IMG/VR virus record: IMGVR_UViG_3300005056_000010
Direction: 5' to 3' (one strand)
DNA length: 39,360 nt
Source: a virus
A model generated the notes under the pieces. The model saw only the letters and a program-made list of their open reading frames with translations, was not told the DNA's origin and did no database searches. The stretch's first letter is position 1. Each line of letters begins with the position of its first letter. Shown piece after piece: positions 32,565 to 39,360 of this stretch. The translations under genes and the position numbers were made by a program.

Positions 32565-33568
32565 TGTCTACACTCTACCCACGCACGTTCCGTGTCGGCA
32601 GCACTTCTAGCTTTGGCTGGGCTGCTACCGAGCCGGTCCAAGCTGACCTTGGCGTTGCTCTCACCATTGGGGGCTTCGCAGCTGCCATGGCGCAGGGCGT
32701 GGCCGATGTCGGTATCGCGGCGGGTGGAGTGAACACCGACCGGACGGTGCTCACCGCATCAATAGCGCCGGTCATCCCCGACAACTTCTTACGTTTCGGA
32801 GACGCGTTCCTGATTACCGCAGAGGGCTACTCAGTGCCCGTGCGGGTCCTTCGCGTAGACGGAACGGCAATCCTACTCTCCAATCCGCTGCCGCTAGATG
32901 CCGCCCTTACGGGCCCGAGCACGCTGCAGTTCGCCGCATGGTTTGCGACGATTGGACCGGCCAACGTAACGGCCGCTGTCGACTACCAGGGCGCTGAGTG
33001 GTCGATTGCATACACACCCCACGCAACGCTGAATCTCGCGTACGCTCAAGGCCTCGTGAAAGTGGTTCGGGTGATCTGGCAGACTGGCCTCGATACGGCG
33101 CTGCTCATCCGCACCTTCCCGCAGTTCCAGAACGTCGACCACCGAAACCCATCGTACCAGCCGATTATCGACGCAGCGGCTCAAGAGCTTGCGATGCGCA
33201 TCGATACGGATGTGGCCTCGTTCGTTACGACATCGGGCGAGCGCGCCACCATTGACGACGTGCAGTCCCAGAACTCAGCCCTGCTACAGGTACATTTGTA
33301 TCTAACGGCGGCGCGGGTTTCGTACAACCGCAGTGACTTTCTTGCGTCTGAGGGCCACATCACCAAAGCCTTCGGCACCGAGAGCAATGTCGACCTGCGC
33401 CGCAAGACCGGCCTCTATGCTGACGCGATGCGCCCCATATGGATTGACCTCGACAGGGACGGCGTGGTCGACGATGGCGAAGTTGAGACCATCACCGGTC
33501 CCGGTCCCGGGTTCACCTCAGGCGGCTTCAGCTCCACACCTCGAGTGACCGTAGCGAGGCAGCGATGA
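32564..33568 (+). CDS. Head-tail joining / virion structural hypothetical protein (334 aa)
   Basis: Assigned by position after the capsid gene. Overlaps its neighbours. Confidence 0.5.
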   Translation: MSTLYPRTFRVGSTSSFGWAATEPVQADLGVALTIGGFAAAMAQGVADVGIAAGGVNTDRTVLTASIAPVIPDNFLRFGDAFLITAEGYSVPVRVLRVDGTAILLSNPLPLDAALTGPSTLQFAAWFATIGPANVTAAVDYQGAEWSIAYTPHATLNLAYAQGLVKVVRVIWQTGLDTALLIRTFPQFQNVDHRNPSYQPIIDAAAQELAMRIDTDVASFVTTSGERATIDDVQSQNSALLQVHLYLTAARVSYNRSDFLASEGHITKAFGTESNVDLRRKTGLYADAMRPIWIDLDRDGVVDDGEVETITGPGPGFTSGGFSSTPRVTVARQR

Positions 33569-33972
33569 AGTTCGAAGCGCAGGTCTCGGTCCTGAAGGTC
33601 GACGTATTCAGCCCGAAGTACCGCAAACAGCTCATGGCCCTGATTCGTGACGACGTGCGGAACGCATCTAAGTCTGGCCAGGGTCCGTCCGGGGCATACG
33701 CGCCGTATACGACACCTGACGATGTGGGCACTCCCGTCGACCTGACGCGCACGGGCGCCATGCTCGGGTCGATTCGGCTGGGCACGCGGAAGAAGCTAGG
33801 CACGCTCCGCTCCGGCACCTCTTACGGCCGCTTTGTCAATGAAGGCACCGAGAAGATGGTAGCGCGACCGTGGCTCATCCTGCGGCCTCGCACGCTCAAG
33901 CGCATTCAGAAGTGGACCAAGCGCAGGCTGACGGCTGCATTCGGCACCAACACCCTACGGAGGGTCGTCTAG
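33565..33972 (+). CDS. Neck/tail-completion protein (HK97 gp10-like)
   Basis: LTRTGAMLGSI...YGRFVNEGTEKMVARPW resembles the gp10-family pattern (TG.M ... N.G ... R.F). Located in the neck module. Confidence 0.5.
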   Translation: MKFEAQVSVLKVDVFSPKYRKQLMALIRDDVRNASKSGQGPSGAYAPYTTPDDVGTPVDLTRTGAMLGSIRLGTRKKLGTLRSGTSYGRFVNEGTEKMVARPWLILRPRTLKRIQKWTKRRLTAAFGTNTLRRVV

Positions 33973-34470
33973 ATGGGCGGCATGCGCATCATAGTGGACA
34001 CGATAGCCTCGATCGTCTCGGGCATCACCCCGAAGTCGTCGGCATCCATCCCGTTCATTCTGGCCGAGAACGATGGCGCTCATACGCCGGACATCATCGC
34101 CAACCCAGCGCAGGGAACCAGCCGCATGTTCGTCGTTCGCCCGTCGGACCAGCCGGCGGTAGACGATGGCGAGGCGGGCACCCCTGCGCTCAGGCTCCGC
34201 GCAATCGTCAACGTCATGGTCATCTACAAGTACAGCGAGTTGGACCAAGCGCAGCGTATGGACATGATGCAAGAGGACGTGGCCAGCATCATGCGCGCCC
34301 TGCAAGATGTGAACGCTTGGGACCGCCCGACTACCGGCATCCTCAGCATCAGCCCAGCCGAGCAGCCCACTCGTGAAGTACTGGACCAAGAGTCCGCAAG
34401 CGGCGCGGTCGAAGTCGGCTTTGTGCTCACAATCCCCAACCCCGTCATTTACCGAGAGGTATCGCTATGA
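33973..34470 (+). CDS. Neck/tail hypothetical protein (165 aa)
   Basis: The ATG directly follows the upstream stop. ATGA overlap downstream. Confidence 0.5.
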   Translation: MGGMRIIVDTIASIVSGITPKSSASIPFILAENDGAHTPDIIANPAQGTSRMFVVRPSDQPAVDDGEAGTPALRLRAIVNVMVIYKYSELDQAQRMDMMQEDVASIMRALQDVNAWDRPTTGILSISPAEQPTREVLDQESASGAVEVGFVLTIPNPVIYREVSL

Positions 34471-35774
34471 GCGGCACACCACATATCAAGTCGCTATCCA
34501 TTGCGATCGAGAGCACTTTCGGGAGCCCTAGCGCGACCACCGGACTGCCGGACGCTTCGGTGCTCACCTTTACCAGTATGGAAATGGAACGGGCGCCGCT
34601 GATGGTCGTGGGGGAGGCGCCGACCGACCCTCGTGAGGACACTCGCGCATCGCCGCATGTGCTGCCGCCCGAGGTCAACACACCGTGTGACGAAAACGGA
34701 AACCCGATTCCGCGGCGCATGGGCCAGATGACTATCGACATGGTCGTCACCAACATCGGCTCGGCGACAACGTTCGCCACGCACGCGGATACCCCGATTG
34801 GCATCATGCTCAACAGCGTGATGCAGTCCAGCGTTCCGCCCGCCGCCTTGGCTGATACGCTGGGCGCGACATTGACCACGACCACTCTTACGCCTGGCAT
34901 ACTAGGGAACTACGAAGACGGTAGCGGTATCGCTATCAATATTGACGGCATTGGAGAGTATGCCTTCGTCACCGACGCCAGCGGTCCGACTGTGACCTAC
35001 TCCCCTGCCTTCAGTCAGGCGCCAGCAGTTGGCGAGACGATGCGTATCGGAACGACGTACAGCGTGCGGAACGACATGGGCAACCTCGGGCCCAGCTTCG
35101 CACTGCGTGGCGACGGCGACGGCTGGCGATGGTACGCGGCCGGCTGTCGAGTAGCTGCGCTCGCTATCACGCTGTCGCCCCGGATGGTCAAGTACTCGTT
35201 CACCGTGCAAATGGCGGACGTTCGCGACGACAACGGAGACCCATCGGTCGCCGCCCGCACCAACTACGTCAACCCGGTCGTTGCTGACGGCTGCGTAGCG
35301 CACATGGGGATGGTCAAGTCGAAGGTCACCACAGCGACGGTCAACAGCATTGCGAGCCCGGCTGCATCGGCACAGACCCCGATTATCGTCGATGAGTTCA
35401 ACGCCACGCTGACATTCACCCTTGCTGCCAAAGGCACGGCCGAAAACGTGATGGGTATCAGCGATTACGAAGTGACCGACTTCGTCTGCGAAACCGAGAT
35501 TCAGGCCAGCGACCCGGTGGCGGCGTTGACGCAGGATGCTTTCGTGCGGCGCGAGCAGCACGGCCTAGTCGTCGGCCTCAGCAATGTGAGCGTTGGTAAC
35601 GGGCTGGCAATCTACCTGCCGGCTGCTGCGCTTCAGGCCGACCCGAACGTGCTCGACATGAGTACCGACCTCATCCGCAATACGTACACCTTCAAACAGG
35701 GTGGGCCGTGGACTGGCGACGTTACTTCGGTCAACGCGGCCTCAACCGTCTTCCGTCTGCTGTGGGGTAACTAA
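34467..35774 (+). CDS. Major tail (tube) protein candidate (435 aa)
   Basis: Located between the neck genes and the chaperone and tape-measure-like genes. Confidence 0.45.
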   Translation: MSGTPHIKSLSIAIESTFGSPSATTGLPDASVLTFTSMEMERAPLMVVGEAPTDPREDTRASPHVLPPEVNTPCDENGNPIPRRMGQMTIDMVVTNIGSATTFATHADTPIGIMLNSVMQSSVPPAALADTLGATLTTTTLTPGILGNYEDGSGIAINIDGIGEYAFVTDASGPTVTYSPAFSQAPAVGETMRIGTTYSVRNDMGNLGPSFALRGDGDGWRWYAAGCRVAALAITLSPRMVKYSFTVQMADVRDDNGDPSVAARTNYVNPVVADGCVAHMGMVKSKVTTATVNSIASPAASAQTPIIVDEFNATLTFTLAAKGTAENVMGISDYEVTDFVCETEIQASDPVAALTQDAFVRREQHGLVVGLSNVSVGNGLAIYLPAAALQADPNVLDMSTDLIRNTYTFKQGGPWTGDVTSVNAASTVFRLLWGN

Positions 35775-36490
35775 TGATCGCCGTACTCGACGCCGCGAAC
35801 GCGCCCCATATTCGCCTGCCGCTGTGGGCCGACCCCGCCATCCAGGAAGCGAACGACAAGGAGGCACTCAGCGCCTACGAAGACACGGGTGATGCAGCGG
35901 CATTGCACGTGCCAGACGACGCAACGATCGTCACAATCCGGGCACTGTCCGCGGCTCAGATGGGCGTAGCTGAGCGTGCTGCTGGCCGCCGGACCCAACT
36001 TGGCGCGGTGATGCACTTGCGGCGCGACAAGTACGCCGAGGACTTTAGGGTCGTTGACGAGAACGGCGATGAGCGCAAGCCCACACCGGACGAGGAGCTT
36101 AGCGCCGTCTCTACATGGATTGACGACCTATGCGACTCCGATTACGCGGCGTTTGTAGCCTTCTCCGAGTGGTACAGTCGGCAGAATTACGAACTCGCGA
36201 AGGCTGCGACCGTATGCATCACCCACTCTGAAATGGGCGTAGTGTCTTTTGAGCGCTTTATGGACTGCGTTGTTGACCGACGTCTGAAGGAGAGTCTCAT
36301 CGCCGAGGTTTCATACCGAGCTAAGGCCCACGCGGGGCTAGGTATCCGCCCAAAAGGGCTATCCAACTCAGTATCTGGCTCAGTGAAGCTGAACGGGTCG
36401 GCTCCCAAGGTCACTGGAAATGTGATGGGTGCGATGACGGACTGCGACGACAACGCGGCAATTGTGGCGGCGGCTTCGCTGACGATCTAA
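35774..36490 (+). CDS. Tail assembly chaperone candidate (238 aa, acidic)
   Basis: First of two ORFs directly before the tape-measure-like gene. Contains the heptamer C CCA AAA in frame. Confidence 0.45.
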   Translation: MIAVLDAANAPHIRLPLWADPAIQEANDKEALSAYEDTGDAAALHVPDDATIVTIRALSAAQMGVAERAAGRRTQLGAVMHLRRDKYAEDFRVVDENGDERKPTPDEELSAVSTWIDDLCDSDYAAFVAFSEWYSRQNYELAKAATVCITHSEMGVVSFERFMDCVVDRRLKESLIAEVSYRAKAHAGLGIRPKGLSNSVSGSVKLNGSAPKVTGNVMGAMTDCDDNAAIVAAASLTI

Positions 36491-36501
36491 AGCGGTCTGA
36501 G

Positions 36502-36825
36502 GTGGACGGCATAGGCCGATACGTAGAAGGCGGCATGATTTGGACGGGCATTCCCAACGAATCGCTCGCCGCCGCTAAGTTTCGACGGTGCCCGATTGCT
36601 GAGATAAACGAGGGAGTTACGCACCACATAATGCACGTCCACCGCCTACTCTCAATCGACGGCGTCAAGCTCTCTGATGTGGTGTCGCAGCCCACGACGG
36701 CGCTACTGGACGGGCTGGCTACTACCACCCAAGAGGTTGCGGCTGTGCACTCCGACCGGGCCCGAGCCCGCAAGGCTGATGCCGACGTGAAGGCGAAGCT
36801 GACCGCACAAGCGGGGCGCAGGTAG
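36502..36825 (+). CDS. Second chaperone-position ORF (107 aa from GTG; ATG alternative at 36535), in the -1 frame relative to 35774..36490
   Basis: This frame is open upstream at least back to 36349. It ends 1 nt before the tape-measure-like ATG. Confidence 0.45.
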   Translation: MDGIGRYVEGGMIWTGIPNESLAAAKFRRCPIAEINEGVTHHIMHVHRLLSIDGVKLSDVVSQPTTALLDGLATTTQEVAAVHSDRARARKADADVKAKLTAQAGRR

Positions 36826-38481
36826 ATGGCCACAGTCATCCAGAAGACGAAGATTGAAGTCGACTTCAGCGACCTCAATAAGCTCGACGTCAAGCTCAAT
36901 AGCAGCGGCAAGGCGGCCGAGGATTTCGGGGACTCCGTCAGCAGGACGAGCAAGAGTACAGAGAGCTTCGGTCGTTCGATTGGGGACATCTCCGAGAAGC
37001 TAGACAAGAAGCTGGACAAGGGTCTCGGCCGCGCATTCAAGGCCACCGACCGACTCAATAGTATTCTAGGCCAGTTCGCCGCTGTCGGAGCCATCGCCAC
37101 CGCGGCTATTGGAGTGCTGGCAGGTGCATATGCTGCACTTCGGGACAGCTCAGCTAAGGCGGACGCCGAACTAGCCAACGTGACTGCCGGCCTGATTTCA
37201 CAGGCCAAAGCCGCGGAGCTGGCCAAGAACGCAGTCGCAGACCTTGGCAAGGTATCCGTTCGGACCTTCTCCCAGATTGTCGCCACAGCGCAGGCTCAAG
37301 CGCGTGTTTCGGCAGCTCAAGCCGTGCTGGTCGTCGCGACAGAGAAGACGATCAACGCTGAGTCTAAACTCGCCAAAGAGCGAGAGAGGCAGGCGCGCAA
37401 GTCGGCCTCGGACCACTCCGGCGCCAATACCATCATCATCGACAATGAGACCGCTCGCGGGCGCAAGATAGAGAAGATAGAGGAGGAGATTGCGAAGGCG
37501 CGGGCGCTCGGCGTAAAGGCGCAGCAGGCTGTCGCTGATGCGGTCGGGACTCTCTCCCGTGCCGAAGACGAAGGCGTGTTTGAGCGGCTCCCTCAGTTCC
37601 TTAGGACTGCGCTTGTCGAGGCTGAGTCCTTCGCGGACGGCCTTCGTGGCGACGTCGGCGGCGCAATTGGTGATGTGGCAGCCGCTGGTGATGCATGGCT
37701 AAAGAGCTGGCAGAAGAACACCCGAGCTGCGGCCAGTGCCACGAAGGAGATGACCGAGGCGGAAGCTAAGGCCATCGGAGAGGCCGCCGCGGCCCAGCTG
37801 CGTTCCCTGATAGCACTCCAGGAGATAACCGGGCCAATCGTCGCCCAGCAGGAAGCGGACCGCCTTCTAGTCATCGCTGACGCCGCAGCCGAAGAGGCAC
37901 GCTCGCTCAACGCCCTTGCTGACATCGTAGCACGCATAACGAAGGAGCAGACGGCCGCCGCGAAGTCTTCTGCCGAGTGGGCATCGGCGATTGACGAGAC
38001 GGGCAAGGCGCTTTCTAGGAGTGCTGATGATGCGCTAAACGCTGCGCTGACAACGGCCATCTATGGGGGCTCGTTCAAGGATGCGACGAACGACATCCTT
38101 GAGGCGCTTACAATCGAAGCTGGCGTGCAGGGACTCAAGCAGTTAGCACTCGGATTCGGCGCGGCCGCCATCGGGTCACCCACTGCACCGGGGCACTTCA
38201 AGTCTGCAGCGGTCTGGGGTGCTGTTGGCGTTGCTGGCGCTATCGGCACAGCCGCCACTGGCGGATTCAACGGCCCCACCGAAGAAGACGAAGAAGACGA
38301 CTCTGCAGCCTTCACGGGCGCAGGTGACACGGGGCCCGATCGTAGCGGCGGCGGCGGCGGCCAGACGGTCACGAACGTCAACCTCAACCTCTTCGCAGCC
38401 CCTGGCACACGCATCGATAGAGCGCGAGACGGTCAGGCGCTGAGGTCATTACTACGCGACGCAGGATTGCCAGGCGCGTAA
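36826..38481 (+). CDS. Tape-measure-like protein (551 aa)
   Basis: Ala/Glu/Lys-rich long helical sequence. C-terminal Gly/Ala-rich hydrophobic segment (LALGFGAAAIGSP...GAVGVAGAIGTAATGG). Position agrees. Confidence 0.6.
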   Translation: MATVIQKTKIEVDFSDLNKLDVKLNSSGKAAEDFGDSVSRTSKSTESFGRSIGDISEKLDKKLDKGLGRAFKATDRLNSILGQFAAVGAIATAAIGVLAGAYAALRDSSAKADAELANVTAGLISQAKAAELAKNAVADLGKVSVRTFSQIVATAQAQARVSAAQAVLVVATEKTINAESKLAKERERQARKSASDHSGANTIIIDNETARGRKIEKIEEEIAKARALGVKAQQAVADAVGTLSRAEDEGVFERLPQFLRTALVEAESFADGLRGDVGGAIGDVAAAGDAWLKSWQKNTRAAASATKEMTEAEAKAIGEAAAAQLRSLIALQEITGPIVAQQEADRLLVIADAAAEEARSLNALADIVARITKEQTAAAKSSAEWASAIDETGKALSRSADDALNAALTTAIYGGSFKDATNDILEALTIEAGVQGLKQLALGFGAAAIGSPTAPGHFKSAAVWGAVGVAGAIGTAATGGFNGPTEEDEEDDSAAFTGAGDTGPDRSGGGGGQTVTNVNLNLFAAPGTRIDRARDGQALRSLLRDAGLPGA

Positions 38482-38495
38482 CGAAAGGAGACGAC

Positions 38496-38978
38496 ATGGC
38501 TGGTTCATTTACGGTTCAACTGCTTGGAGACGACGGGGGCACGGCTCGACTGGTCGCTGTCAATGCTGCGGGGGAGCTCGTCGTTGCAGGCAGCGGGGGC
38601 GGCCTGTCTCCAAACCAGTTCGAGATTGAGACGACGCTGACCAACGGCGTCGGGGCGGCCTTCGCCGATATCAACCTGCTTCCAACGATGCGGCTCAGTC
38701 CTGACTTGACGGTTGGGCAGGTTGCGCAGCCCGACTCTGACTACCAAATCAACAGCCTCTCCTTCTCGACCAGCACTCCTGGGCAGCCGCTTGAGTTGGC
38801 CCGAACGGCTGCGCTGGGCACGGCTGGCACCAAGGTCGAAATCAGCACAGCCAAGGGCGTTACGGTCCTCACCATGAGCTACAGCGGGGCGACTGCGGCA
38901 ACCGCTGTCGGGGTGGCGTCGACTGGCCTTGCGGTCGAGTACCAGATTTCAATCACCTTCACGGTGGCGGCGCCATGA
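38496..38978 (+). CDS. Tail hypothetical protein (160 aa), N-terminus MAGSFTVQ
   Basis: AAAGGAGACGAC lies upstream of the ATG. ATGA overlap downstream. Confidence 0.55.
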   Translation: MAGSFTVQLLGDDGGTARLVAVNAAGELVVAGSGGGLSPNQFEIETTLTNGVGAAFADINLLPTMRLSPDLTVGQVAQPDSDYQINSLSFSTSTPGQPLELARTAALGTAGTKVEISTAKGVTVLTMSYSGATAATAVGVASTGLAVEYQISITFTVAAP

Positions 38979-39360
38979 GTACCTCACCATGGGGTGTAGC
39001 GCCGGCTCGGACTGGTTGGACGCTCAACGTCATCACCCTGAATGACCTGCCAGCGCCCGTGGCTGGCTCCATCAGCGTCCCTGCCGGTGCGGCCATTCAG
39101 ATCGGCGCAGGCGAGGTCGACTTAGGGCCAAACTTCCTGACGCCGCTGGGCGTAATGACCCTCGTTGGCACGTCGTCAGAGACGTCCACGATTATTGCTA
39201 CCGGCCTCGTGGGGGCCCTCATACGAAGCAACTTTACGGTCCGGCTCAGGGACATTGCGTTCAAGGACTTCGGCGGTGCGTCATCCGTGCTTGCTCTTGA
39301 TGGGCTGGGGGCCGCTGACGCCGCTCTTGACTGGGCAGCTGTCAACTTCGTCGACTGCTC
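38975..39360 (+). CDS. Tail fibre/tailspike-like protein, N-terminal part (runs off the window end and continues at base 100 of the circle, i.e. 2..913)
   Basis: The ATG at 38975 overlaps the upstream stop. There is no stop before the window end. The last 33 codons repeat the first codons of the window. Confidence 0.75.
   Translation, partial: MSTSPWGVAPARTGWTLNVITLNDLPAPVAGSISVPAGAAIQIGAGEVDLGPNFLTPLGVMTLVGTSSETSTIIATGLVGALIRSNFTVRLRDIAFKDFGGASSVLALDGLGAADAALDWAAVNFVDC
39262..39360. repeat. Right copy of exact 99-bp terminal direct repeat (equals 1..99)
   Basis: Same as the left copy. The implied unit genome length is 39,261 bp. Confidence 0.9.

Noticed and set aside
136-39345. Numerous long reverse-strand and off-frame ORFs in the track, for example 449..934(-), 4529..5263(-), 5956..6615(-), 24906..25544(-), 26629..27270(-), 29570..30151(-), 34902..35561(-) and 36411..37286(-).
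   Set aside because: They lie entirely inside better-supported genes on the other strand or frame. Their products are Arg/Pro/Ala/Ser-rich filler, and they lack SD sequences. These are typical shadow ORFs of GC-rich DNA.
1-39360. A search by eye for tRNA or tmRNA genes, integrase or recombinase, reverse transcriptase (DGR or retron) and CRISPR or anti-CRISPR hallmarks.
   Set aside because: The intergenic gaps are short (under 160 bp) and show no cloverleaf-like structure. None of the ORF translations carries integrase, RT or Cas motifs that I can recognise.

Overview
The window is a complete, GC-rich tailed dsDNA phage genome. Bases 1-99 are identical to 39262-39360, so it closes into a 39,261-bp circle, and one tail gene runs across the junction.

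Genes are tightly packed, with many ATGA/GTGA/TTGA stop-start overlaps. Module order:
- Tail and host-recognition genes: 38496 across the junction to 7417.
- A reverse-oriented Cys-rich lipoprotein gene: 7414-7830.
- Lysis cassette: a CHAP/NlpC-like endolysin followed by small membrane proteins, 7924-9977.
- Leftward early operon: HNH endonuclease, C5 cytosine methyltransferase and small ORFs, 10466-12592.
- AT-rich divergent control region with repeated operator-like sites, then a Cro-like HTH gene.
- Rightward early operon: RecT-like annealase, VRR-NUC nuclease, MazG-like NTP pyrophosphatase, wHTH replication initiator with embedded iterons, DnaB-family helicase.
- Accessory block of about 16 small ORFs, 20712-25313, including an RHH regulator, a Lar-like restriction-alleviation protein and a terminase-fragment-like mini-ORF.
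- Packaging, head and tail genes: TerS, TerL, portal, S49 protease-scaffold, decoration-like protein, major capsid, neck proteins, tail tube candidate, chaperones, tape-measure-like protein.

I recognised no integrase, CI-type repressor, tRNA, rRNA, CRISPR array or transposable element.

Most noteworthy observations:
1. A six-copy iteron origin lies inside the initiator gene.
2. That gene also shows a coding-frame conflict: frame 0, then +1, then 0, with no stop in frame 0.
3. The C5-methyltransferase gene carries family-typical motifs in two overlapping frames, and sits in an operon with an HNH nuclease.
4. A 74-aa ORF mimics the TerL ATPase coupling region.
5. A TGTACA repeat cluster precedes the terminase genes.
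6. A reverse-strand lipoprotein abuts the large tail gene, as in Llp/Cor-type exclusion genes.

All functional calls rest on motifs read by eye and on gene order. No database search was possible.
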